NCBI GenBank assembly: GCA_030704615.1
Contig: CM060732.1
Coordinates: forward strand, 12,524,001-12,588,000
DNA from: Takakia lepidozioides
Taxonomy: Eukaryota > Plantae > Bryophyta
DNA: 64,000 bases
Direction: 5' to 3'
How positions within the stretch are numbered: position 1 is the stretch's first letter; each line of letters opens with the position of its first letter. The position numbers were made by a program, and so were the translations under genes. Positions 1 to 11,563 of the stretch are shown one piece after another. The notes under the pieces were generated by a model, which was not told the DNA's origin, did not search any database, and was given only the letters and a program-made list of their open reading frames with translations.

Positions 1-639
1 TCACTGGTTTTTGTGGAGGCTTGTGATGGACCAGATGAGGATCCCTACTTGCTTTGAATTCTCTTGAGCTTGTAGATAAAGATATGGGCAAAGGGAACCT
101 GTTCTGTATGGCGTCATGACTTGGCTGCTGCCTGCAGCCCCGATTTTGGCTGGCTTGCTCCTGGTTTGGCATGCTGATGCTTACTTTTGCCTTATGTTTT
201 GTTGCCTTTAATGGAGCACTTCGACCTGGCAGGCTTGTCTCTTGAAGCCCAACATCTGGACCTTACCTTGTCTTGAATCTTTGACAACATTGCCTGTGGA
301 TTTTTAAACTAGGTACAGTTTTGGCCTTAAAAGAGGAATGATGGTTTATGGGTAAAGGCATCAGTGGCTATTAGGTTCTAAGGATCAAGATGAGGCCCTG
401 TTTTTAAAGATGGCAGCCTGATAAGGCAATGACAGGCCTCTTTCAGGCCTGGATTTGATGTGGAATGGAACATAGTGAGGTTTTATTTGCAAAACAAGGC
501 ATTAACCTCTTGGAAAACAATGGTGGTAAGCTCTACTGGACTTTTGTCAGTGATTATTTGCTTTTTTTGCCATCAGACCAGCCACCTGCAATGTATGATT
601 TAATTTTTGGCCAAGTGGGCTTGGTCTCGGGCACTCAAA

Positions 640-1470
640 GTGTATGTGTGTCCATATCTTGAAGCTGTAACATGGCAGGCCTTTCTTCCATGCCAAAATG
701 CCTTACACGATGTATATCTTGGGGCAACTGTACATGGTGTAGAATGAAGTTGCAGTCTGTCTTGTCATGCCCAAGTGGGTCACTTGGTTGCATGTTTGGA
801 GTCTGATAAACTGCAGGCTAGTCCATCGAGATGCTTGTGTACACATGTCTTGAATCTGTACAATGGCAGGCTGTTCTTACCTACCCAAGAGGCCTTGCAC
901 GATGCATGTCTTGGGGTACTTACATTTGGCCAAGTGTGAAGCTGCAATATGTTTTGTCATGCCCAAGAAGTTTACTTGGTTGCATGCCTGAAATGTAATT
1001 AATTGTAGGCTGGTCCTTCAAGGTACTTGTATGAACATATCCTGGATCTGTAGTAGGACAGGCTGTTCTTACCTACCCAAGGAGCCTTGCATGATGCATG
1101 TCTTGGGGTACTTACAAATGGCAAAGAGCGAAGCTGCAACATATTTTGTCATGCCTAAGGAGTTTACTTGGTTGCATGTTTGAAATCTGGTAAATTGCAG
1201 GCTGGTCCTTCAAGGTGCTTGTATGTACATACCCTGAATCTGTTATAGGACAGGATGTTCTTACCTACCCATGGAGCCTTGCATGGTGCATGTCTTGGGT
1301 CACTTCAAGGTACCTGTGTATACATATCTTGGATCTGTAATGTGGCAAGTAGTGCTTATATGCCCAAGATATCTTGCATGATGCATATCTTATGGATAAC
1401 TATGGATGATATAATCTGAGGCTGCAATCTGACTTATATTGTGCAAGAGGGTCACTTGGGTACATGACAG
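640..1470. repeat. Degenerate tandem repeat, ~192-bp unit, ~4 copies
   Basis: Anchor TGTTCTTACCTACCCA recurs at ~872, ~1064 and ~1256, with flanking GCATGTCTTGGGG and TTACTTGGTTGCATG at the same spacing. Confidence 0.75.
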
Positions 1471-3029
1471 GAATCTGATTATGAATATACCCCGCCCTCC
1501 CACCCTCTTTAATCATGACTGAACGGGTGTCGTCACTTGGTGTGCTATGACAAGACTGGAGGTGTTAGATGGTGCCCTGTCATGGGCTGTTTATGTCTTT
1601 AATTGACATTGACCCTAGTAGGGTCTTGTCCATGTCTTGACATGACATGAATATCTTCCCTCTCTCCCTCTCCCTCTATAACTCTTTGGATCTCATCTGG
1701 CCTTAACATTTTTAATGCTGGTTATTTGGTTTTTCATCCCAATTCCCTTTTCATCCAAAACTGGATGAAGTTTTTGAAGGATGATGACCCTTACTGTGCA
1801 GATTTTGGTTTTTCATCCTAATCTCTTTTCTCATCCAAATCTGGATGAAATTATTAGGATGATGACCCTTACTGTGCAGAAATCTTGGTTTATCATTTGT
1901 TTTCTCTTTTTTCATCCAAACTGGTTGAATTCCATGGATGATGGCGACCTATTTTAATCCAAGAGATAGTAATTTTACCATCATGTATTATAAATGATGG
2001 CAATTATTAAGCTTGAGCCTATACCCTAACCCTAAAAATTACCTTTTTAATGGATGTCATCCATTGACAAGTGCATCTCCTGCTAGAATGCAACTTTTCA
2101 TCCCCCCTGGATGAGAAATCGGGGATCTGTGCCCTAAGCAGGTCGACACCTTTAACAGCACAGAACTTGTGCTTCAGGGATCCTTGATGATGCGCCGTGT
2201 AAATCTGCTCCCCAGTTGCTGCATGGTACTCGTGATGACTGGCTCTTGGGATGCGTATTGGCGGTTATGCAGATTCTTCTCTAGCAGGTGACAAAGCGAT
2301 GATTGCTTTGCTCAGACCCTCATGGTTCTTTTTAATTTGCAGCGGCGCTTTTACTCCTCGTTGGGAAGTACTCTACCCCTATTTATCTACAGATTACATA
2401 TGGCTCTTTCACTTTGTATGAGCTCTTCTATATCTGTGAACCCTTCTACTTTGATTGCGTTCTGTTGGAGACGATCTGTTGGACGCCATGGCGCAGGGCA
2501 TACCACAAACACTCAAGGTCTTTCGAGGTTACCCTTGCTTGAATTGTGATCTGTACATACTTTAGAATTCAACACAACTGTGAAGACCTGCCACTCACCT
2601 GATGCATCCTCACTAACACACATCGTGGTTTTTGGGACGGGCACATGTGAGGGTCTTCACTTGTCTTGATTTCTTGAAGCTTGCAGTTCCTATTCTTGCA
2701 AATGTGGGTGTGGTTGTTGCCTGCTGCTGAGCCTGTTGCTGCTTCAAAACTGCCACCATACGGATGCAGACCTACTTCAACTTGGCTCCAATGAGGATCT
2801 ATTTCTACTCCGTACCTTGTTTTTGGTTTCTTGCAACCATATCTACATGGCAGGAGGTAGGGCATACACGAGGCTTCATAGAAAGCAATCTACTAATTCC
2901 TCTACTGCCCCTTTTCTTTCATGTTTTAACTCGGGTAGAATGTAGCAGCTGGTACCTTGGCTGCATTGAAATTCGGCTCTAGAATGAAACCTCTTGGCTG
3001 GTTATTAAGAGACTGTTATGCCTTAGTAG

Positions 3030-4100
3030 ACAACACACATTCTGCAAGGCCCTCATTTCACTTTGAGTTTATAAGCTGGATTGCAAACAAGGGTTCTTGA
3101 ATTACTTTTCTACCCTGGCTGTTTTTAAGGCCCTGGAATACCACTCCAGGCCTGTATCTGCTTAAAAAGACTCGGCACTGTTTTTATTTTATGAATCCTG
3201 CTTGTGTCAGCTTGGCACTGATATGTCAGTTTCAAGCCAACAACATGAAGCCTTTTTAGGAAGATGAATGGCTCAAGAACTGGTTTATGAATGGCTTAAA
3301 ACTTCGCCTGACTTTGATGGATCAAACGGATATGCTTTGATAGATAACACACATTCTTCAAGGCCCTCATATCATTTTGATTTCATGGCTTGATAACAAA
3401 CAAGGTTTTTTGAGTTGCTCTTTTACCTTGGCAGAGCTGTTTACGAGGCCCTGGAATACCATTCCAGGCCTGTACCTACTTAAGGGGGCTCAACCCTGTT
3501 GTTTCTTCTTCCTTTTTAAGGATTATGCTTGTCTCTTGGCTCAGACCAGTACTGTTTCTTAGGGAAGTGAAATGCTCAAGACTTGGATTTTGTTTGCCTT
3601 GGCCCATGTCACTAAGACACTATGAAGCATTATGCAAATCTGCAAATACTTCAGGCCTATATGGTTGGCTATTTCAATTCCAACCTGAAGTGTGGGGAGT
3701 TATCTCCAGACCTGCAATCTGACTTTGATGGTTCAGCTTAATATGCCTTTTAAGATAACATTCATTAAAGGCTCTCAATTTAAAGGCCTGGTTGCAGGCA
3801 GGGTTCTTCTGAGTTCCTTTGTTAACTTAGCAGAACTTTGGAGGTTCTGGAATACCACTCCAGACCTATATCTGTTTTGGAACACTCAGCCCTGCTTAGG
3901 TTTCATGTTTACTGCTTGTGGTTTGGCATTGATACATCACCAAACTGGCTTTGGAATGAAACCTCCCTGCTTGGCTTTGTTGGGTCAAACTGGTATGCCT
4001 TGTTTAGGGAACACACACTCATGTTAAGGCTCTCATATCATTTTGATTTTTGAGGGCTGATGGCAGGCAAGTCTGTGATGATCTGCCTTGCTTATGTTTT
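3030..4100. repeat. Degenerate long repeat (~320-400-bp unit, 3 copies)
   Basis: CTGGAATACCA(C/T)TCCAG(G/A)CCT(G/A)TA recurs near 3132, 3451 and 3847, with similar flanks (AAGGCCCTCAT.TCA.TTTGA). Confidence 0.55.
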
Positions 4101-4875
4101 GCGATTCATGCTTGAGGCACGACACTGAAATGTCAGGCCAACAATGTTTTCTAGGGAGAAGACTTGTTCAAGACCTAGATTTTGGCATGCACCCTCATGA
4201 TATATAACCTGTCTTGACCCATGCCAATAGGACAAGAGGAAACATGATGAAAACCAGCAAATGCTTAAGGCATATATGTTTGATTGTTTCAAACTCAACT
4301 TGAAATGGTTTTGAGCATGAGTCTAGGGGAATGTCCCCAGGCCTGCAATCTGGTTTTCATAACATGTTTTGCTAGGCATTATGTATATCTACAAATGCTT
4401 AAGGCATGAATGGCTGGCTAGTTCAACTTGAAGTGCTATGAGCCTGATTCTGGGAAATATCCCCAAACCTGCAATCTGGTTTTGAAATGAATTTGAAATG
4501 AGTTTTTGAAATGATGGTGCAAACTATGGCGCTTTCATGATATGATTGACCTGGACGAGGTTACAATCTGCAAGTATGGTGGTGAATGTTTTATGTCAAA
4601 CCATGGTGCTTTCATAATATGAATGACCAGGAATCCCACCCTCCCACCCTGTTTTTCAGATACCCTGAAATGTAATGGGATATTCAAATGAGATGGTAAA
4701 CATTGAAGTGGTTGTTAGATGGTGCCTGTAAAGGGCTGCTTTGTCTTTCAATGACAATGACCTTAGTGGTCTTGTTCATGTCTTGACATGACATGTATAT
4801 CTTCCTTCTCTCTTTTTAAGTTTTTTGCCCCCTATCTGCCTCTCTTGTTTGTTAAGTTTTTTAAGTAGCACAAAA

Positions 4876-5020
4876 GATAGGGAGAGAGAGGACAGAGAGG
4901 GAGAGGGAGAGAGGGAGAGAGAGGGAGAGATCAGGAAATGTGGGGAGGGGGGGGGGGGGCAGTGACTGAGCAGCTCCCCCCCCCACCCCCATTTTTTTTT
5001 TTTTTTTTTTTTTTTTTCTT
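4876..5020. repeat. Low-complexity (GA)n, poly-G, poly-C and poly-T tract
   Basis: Directly visible. Confidence 0.9.
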
Positions 5021-5792
5021 GCACTTGCTGCTCTCAACCCCCACATGTTTTTGTTTTTTGCCTAAACCCCCCCTCCGCCACGTGGTGTTTTTTTAGTCCG
5101 GGCATGGAAAAAAAAAAAAATTGGTTGCCACGCCGAGCCATCGCCCTAACCAACGCCGTCGCGGGGATGGTAGTGACAGCCAGGGCGTGGCTACAAGGAG
5201 GCCCCCCCCAGAGCCCTGGAAGGCCAAGAAGCGACGGCGGGGCGTCACTGGAGGGGGTAGCGGCTTGCAACCCCCATCCGTCGCATTTATGCGACGTCCG
5301 ATTAGTGACGCCCCGGGACGGTCGTGCCACGCCGGGGCGTGGCAAAAGGGCGCCTGCGCCCCTGCCTCAATAGCGGCGTTTAGTGACGCCGCGGCGTCAC
5401 TAACCCCCCCTTTTCCTGTAGTGAAGAATATATGAAACATAAAATATAACCTCTCATTTTTTAATAATAGGGATCTTGAATGTTCCAGAGGAATGTCAAG
5501 TATGTACAGTTGTACAGCGGTGCATGTGCCATTAAAATTAAATGGAAATGGGCATCTCTTCTGGCCTCTCTGACATGACAACCAAACGGCGGCTCTTTCA
5601 GTCAATCTGTCAACGAATGCACTGGTGGGGCACTTGTGAAAAACAGTTGGATTCTAGGATTAGGGTTGACATTATGGACTCCGCATTTGGGCACTCTGTG
5701 ACCATCCGCTTGGTTCGCATGGGGAGACATTTCACAGAAGTGGAAACCCGCGTTAGGAGATCTGCAAGCCGGAGCGATACCTGCAATTCTCT

Positions 5793-8700
5793 GTGAGGAC
5801 GCCAAAAACTCCGCTCCCACACAATTTGCATTCACAAGCACCGTCGGACTGTGAACTCTACTTTCTGAAGCAACATCGACATATGGCCTCCCAGGCCATG
5901 GGCTCCCTTGACGCGGACTTCTTCAGTGAGGACCACCCTGTACCATTTTCTTACGAGGTGGAAGATGATGGTTTTGCGCTGGTGCATGAACACGTCCTCG
6001 CAACGCAGTTTCGGTCGGAAAATGGAACTCTATTCCTTCAAAGGGAAGTGTACGATGCCAATGGAAAATTGCTCAAGTACGTGTTCCAGAAACCTTCGCA
6101 TACTGCACCAGCCACACAATGGAGAGTGCCTCCAGGCAGATACAGGGTGCTCAGTGCTCCTCTGAGACAGTCTGCAGGATCTTTCGTAACTCCTGGCACG
6201 GCAGCATCAGTGGCCCAGGAGAAAACACCCGTGGTTGTCAAGAAGGAGACGAGTACCGTTAACACTGTAGTTGAGCTTTCGGACTCATCCTCCGATGACA
6301 CATGTGCAATACCGCCCGTGGATCAGCCATGTCCACATGTAGAAGCAGATGTGGAGAAGATCACCAGTGTCATTCCTAAACTGAAAGCCATGGGTGGGAT
6401 GGCAGGATTCAAGAGTGAGTTGAGGGGGATAGACTGGAGCATTTTCAATATTCAGAGGGTGGCATTCTTGCCGGAATCTTTTGATGGTAATACTGTTTTC
6501 GAGCTGCCTCCTCCTGGTCACGTGGGGGGCATTTCCAGTCTCCTGGAAGGAACGGACAAAAAGCACGATGGGCACCCTTGGTGCCGCACAAAAACCTCCA
6601 ATATTCACAACAACGACAACCTCATATTCAGGCGAACAGTTTGTAATGGGCACCTGAAATGCGAGAACATGAAATGCAGACACTTCGCATTGTCAGGTGT
6701 GCAAAACCAAAGCGAATGGGATGGTGTCAGTGAGAATCCATTCAAGCCTGGGGTGACACCACCATACAGTAACACTTTTGTGTGCAAGTTCTTTAGGGTA
6801 CCACCTTGCTGCCTTGCTTTGTGTGGCGCCAGAATGTATTATGTGGTGCATCGATTCAAAACCCTGACTAGAGCCTGTGTCCATTTCGGTTTTCACAACC
6901 ACCCTGTGTCCAAGGGGGATTATAGGGAGAGCGTTGACACAGTCTCGCGTCTGATAAGGCAAGAGTTGGATACCAATCCAACTGGAACCACATCTGCAAT
7001 TGCCATGGGGGCTAGCAAGTCCTTTCTGGAAAGCCGTATTCTGTGTGCATCAAATTCGGTTGGAGGAATACTGGAGGGATCGGCTTTGGACACTGTTATG
7101 GACCATTTCTCAACTTTGACTTCTCCAAACATTAGGAATCAGGTGAACGCTTTAAGAATGGGCTCTGGGAGCCGAGGTTATATGGACAATATTATGGATT
7201 TGAAGAAAATGAGCATGTATGACTACATCCAAGACAGCGTTTTCCCGAGACAAGGAGCCAGGAAAGTGTTATTGTTCAAAATGTCCACAAAAGGTGAGGG
7301 CAGCGGGGTCAGCCTGGTTAAACGTATGCAGAAGGGTGGCGATCTTGGCAACTGCTTCCTTATGTTCGATCATGTCAAGAGGGTTAAAGACTGGACCACA
7401 ATGGCATGTCATGTTTACGACCCTGTGTACCAGCGGGTCATGACAATTGCAGTGTGTGACATGCAGTCAGAGGACACAGATTCACAACAGCTCATGTGGG
7501 AAGCTCTCATTTATGGCCTCCAATGGTCTCCCATCTCCCAATTTCGTTGGTTTCATGGCCGATAGTGCTCAAGCTAACTTCAACGTTGTCCGCATTGTGT
7601 TCGGGACGAGAGACCCAAAAGTGCCAATGCCTGGAAGAGAACGTACATGTCTTTTCCATTGGACACAATCCCTGGACAAACACACAAAGACATACATCAA
7701 GCCAGATATGCAGACTATGCATCGTCAACTGTGCAAACAGTACAAAGACGCCAAAACTATGGGGGAAGCGAATACATTGTTCCAGACAATTCGTGCCTGG
7801 TGGTACTCATCTGGAGCGGCATCGGAGGACAGCATGAGGGCACTGCAAGACTAGTTCGCATTTTGGCACTTCCGTTACCGACAGTGGGGAGCGGCCATGA
7901 CAACGGTGAGTGGTTTGCATTCACCTTCGTTTGGGTGCTTCGGATATATCTTTCAGGGTCCAATCCTAATATCGGCTTTTTGTTTTTTTGCCTTGTAGCA
8001 TATGTCCATTGAGGAGATGGCGAACATGCCTTCTTGCAATCTTGCGGAGACAGTGCACAATGCCTGGTTGCAGCAATCCGGCAAAAAAGGAGAGATTTGT
8101 ATGCGGCGACGGCCGATGACCTCATTCGTGCTCTGCAGCAGCAAACCAGATACAGGTCATTCTTGAGGGGTGGCCTTGGTGGCAAAGGTCCGGACAGGAG
8201 CGAGTTGATGTTGCGGGCAGCTGGAAGATCAGGGGATCCCAGCAAAATAGCGCGGGCAGTGAGCATATGTGCAGATGGCACCCCTCTCGTGGGAAGAGTT
8301 CCCCATCTAGAAGGCGAAGAGAGATTCGGGTCTTGCAAACGGAAATTGGACACCCCTCCGGGATCGGATGCAGATTCCCATAGTGCGGACAGGGTGAACT
8401 TCTCGACGCCACGTGTTCCCTTGGATCAGAGATGGAATTGCGGAACATCCACAGGTGAGGGCTACTCTGCCCCAGACCGGACCCCTACATCAAGCATTGT
8501 CACTGCAATGGTTGAAGACCAGAACGTGGTGCCGCATATAATCGAGTCCATGGGCTTGGACGAGGTTTGGCATATAGAACGCACAAGTGCTGGATCTCGT
8601 GTGAAATGCGCGGCGATCAGAGCCACCAATCATGAAAAATGTACATCATTAATCTCCAGAGGGAAAGAACGCACTGCAGCTCCTACATTCACGGGTTTGT

Positions 8701-8890
8701 TTCTCCCTTACGGACAAGGCGAGGCAAAGAACCACAAGTTCTGGTTCTGCGCTGACGATTGTGGGAGATGTGTGCATGGTACAGTGAGGCCTTCCGTGGT
8801 AAGGAAGCCTACTCCACCAATCGTGTGGCCTGTGAAGATGGGCATAGGTCTCACTCACCGAGAGATCGCAATGCTGGAAGAGGCGGCAAA
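5793..8890 (+). pseudogene. Mutator-like DDE transposase with N-terminal GCM-like zinc domain (frameshifted, internal stop)
   Basis: GCM-like pattern DGHPW..T.N..R..CNGHLKCENMKC...C...GFHNHP. MULE core: MFDH (D1), FMADSAQ (D2), CLFH (CxxH) and SCNLAETVHNAW (E). Frameshift ~7510, TAG at 7852-7854, GT-AG intron ~7905-7998, frameshift ~8085. Collinear with the copy at 42075-45682. Confidence 0.8.
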
Positions 8891-8894
8891 TCCT

Positions 8895-9080
8895 CCTTGT
8901 GTTGACACAAGGATGATTTTAGTTCTCAGAAAACAACATCGTGTCAACACGAAGTTCATTTTTGTTCCAGGAAAACAACCTCGTGTTAACACGAGGTTTT
9001 GTTGAAGTTCTCCAAATCCCCCTTGTGTCGACACGAGGTTCATTTCAGTTCTACGAAATGAAGCTCCTGTTAACAGAAGG
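8895..9080. repeat. Array of 5 palindromes (consensus CCTCGTGTTAACACGAGG) at an exact 42-bp period
   Basis: Dyad centres (GTTGAC, GTCAAC, GTTAAC, GTCGAC, GTTAAC) at 8903/4, 8945/6, 8987/8, 9029/30 and 9071/2. Confidence 0.85.
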
Positions 9081-10402
9081 TTGAACTCCAGGAAAGCCCA
9101 AAACCCTTCATCCGTTTCACCTTCATGTGGTGAAATCAGCAGTTGAGGGCTCCACGGTTATAGGCCCACCTTCTTTGTGGTGACGTGGCATGACCTGGAC
9201 CAGGCTCACGCCACGTCAGCATCAGCGCCATGTCAGCAGCGTGAGCGTAGGCTCACGCCACGTCATCATTGTGTGAGCGTACGCTCACACGCTCACGCAC
9301 CAGGCTCACGCGGTAGCGTCGTTGCTACTGAGGCTACATCAAGTGGAAACACCCAAGCGGGAGTATAGATTAGTTTTCCCTCTACCTAGTCATGGTGAAA
9401 AATTAAAAACAGAAGCTTCAACTAAAAAAATTGAGAGTCACATGAGCTACTGCTGCTCACAGAGAATAACCCTTCTACGATCAATCCCAAATCCTTCCTA
9501 TGGTTGCTTTCCCGAGCTAGAGCTCGGTTCAGTCACTTAATATCGATCCCAAGTCCCAATGCCAAACCCATGTAGCAAGTGCCCCAATGTCAACTGGAAA
9601 TTAGTTGCACTACCCCAACTCATAGTCAGTCACTAAAGGCTGCCGTAGCCTCTAAGAATCGAGGAAACAAGAACAGCCACCACACCTGGTGTAAATCCAT
9701 CTACAAAGAACCCCAAACAAAATTCTCCCAAGCATCTACCCAAAGCTAATTGCTATAGACCAACTGAGCCCCTCTATCAAAGATACCGCAACATACCTCG
9801 AATGTTTGACCTAAAGTGGTGGGCCTATACATTAGTGACTACAAAATTACCCAAAGAAGTCCACCAACCATCAGCTGCAGTTTGCAGCACTTACACACGA
9901 ACGCCCCATCTTCATCAAATACCCCAAACTGATGCTGGCAGCAACCTTCCATTACAATCTTCAACTCCAACATTCCACCATCATAGCCTCTCTTCCAAGC
10001 CTCTCTCTCCATTCCATTGTCTCTCACCACTATTCCAAAAAGGTCCAAAATACTGAAGCTCCCGAGCTTTATATCCCACTGCACGCTTATGCCTATGCCG
10101 CCAAAGCCTCCCGCCCTGCCTGGGATTCCCTGTCTCCATGGCTGGAAAGCTGCACCAGCTACACAATATTAACTACTCTACCATAAACCAACCGTTCTAG
10201 TATAATAACCAAGAGCTGTCTAAATTCAAATGCAGTAGTGAGCAAGTTGAGATGGAGAACCAAGTTCATTAAAAGAAATCTATGACGATGGAAAAAAAAA
10301 ACAAAATCGCGCTAGGGAGTTAATCCAAAATTTTAAGTTTTTCATAAAAAAAGACCAAAGATTCACCCTACATCACTTGCAACACTACGAAATTAGGGTG
10401 TT

Positions 10403-11270
10403 ACCTGTGGGTGTGATGCCGTAGAGCTCGACCATTGTGCGCTACACTTGTTCCACATCGACAAAGATGGAACTATTCTGATTGAGCGCTATTCTGACCG
10501 ACTCTTTGCTCTTTGACTTGGCAGTGGCTGGAATCTCAAGGCTATTGTTGATGCAGTAGTATTCGCCGACATACTCACGTAACTTGAGATTCAACGCTTT
10601 CCGAAGCAATGATACCCTATGAGGATTTGACAAGCAACCGATGCGAAGGCCCTGACCAGCGGCTTTGGCAGCCACTTTGATTTTTTTTTATAGATAGCTC
10701 CATATCCATTGTGCGTTATACCTTGCCGATCGCAAGTTTCTAGAATTTCATTTGCTCCTACTTTCTCCCCAATCTTATCCAAGTAGTAGTTGGTCATATG
10801 CACGCCAACTTTGCTCAACGTCGCTGATTCGCACATTGACTCAATTTCTGTCTGGGACAACATAGAGGCGAATACCTTCCCAGTCTGCACTTGTGTCTCT
10901 TTACTTCCACACTTGAGCGATTTCTCGTTCCCTAGGTTGCATTTGCACTTTGAATTTCTCTCGCAGTAGCTGAGGCAATGATAGCTCTTGCTAGATGCCT
11001 CAAACGTTTTGCTTGACCGCCGTTTGGCGCCAATTCAGCCACATCCTTCCTTGGTCTGATGACACCCCTGTACCCATAGGGAGTCCTCACCATTTTTTCC
11101 ATCCTCAATTCCCGTCGCTTCAAGGTCGCTTTGGTTTTGCGTAGCTCGGAGCAATTGGATCTTGCAAACTCTTGACCAGCTCACGCAATGACGATATCTT
11201 TTTTCTGAGCCTCAACGGGATTCAACTCAATACTTATATGACTTGCAACAAGATTTTCAGAGTAACCCAG
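10403..11270 (-). pseudogene. Decayed ORF fragment, probably TE-derived, family unidentified
   Basis: ORFs 10932-11123, 10591-10890 and 10442-10675 join into one protein-like reading through TAG stops and a poly-T frameshift (~10681). Confidence 0.45.
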
Positions 11271-11503
11271 TAGGCCACTCTTGCCATCCCTAGTAAATTC
11301 CAGAAACTCGCTCACTGTCCAAAATTATGGACGTTTGCCGTCGACAGGGTTGTGTGGATATAAAGATCCGTACCCACAAATCAATATTACTCGACCCTGC
11401 TTCTCGTCTTTGAGAGAATTCTGATTTCGGAGTTTTGCCCTGGGAATGTCACTATATGTATTTTTTCCATATCATGTGCGTACAAAGGTATATTTATACT
11501 AGG

Positions 11504-11504
<1 letters not shown>

Positions 11505-11560
<56 letters not shown>
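11505..11560. repeat. (TA)28 microsatellite
   Basis: Directly visible. Confidence 0.95.

Positions 11561-11563
<3 letters not shown>

Larger units (their letters stand above)
1..5423. mobile_element. Right-hand part of a CACTA (En/Spm) DNA transposon; left end lies outside the window
   Basis: Ends in TTTTCCTGTAGTG (5411-5423; reverse complement CACTACAGGAAAA, the CACTA TIR). It is preceded by GC-rich subterminal direct and inverted repeats of AGTGACGCC/GGCGTCACT (~5170-5401). The extent upstream of ~5040 is inferred from degenerate internal repeats. Confidence 0.7.
5424..9324 (+). mobile_element. MULE-like element 1 (left part interrupted or removed by the CACTA element)
   Basis: Contains a transposase pseudogene. 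The right end has clustered GCTCAC(G) repeats (9203-9310) ending GCTCACG-CGG-TAGC, which parallels GCTCATG-AAA-TAGC at the end of element 2. The exact terminus is approximate and no TSD can be checked. Confidence 0.6.

Noticed and set aside
4776-5605. ORFs over the low-complexity and GC-rich CACTA end
   Set aside because: Compositional artefacts.
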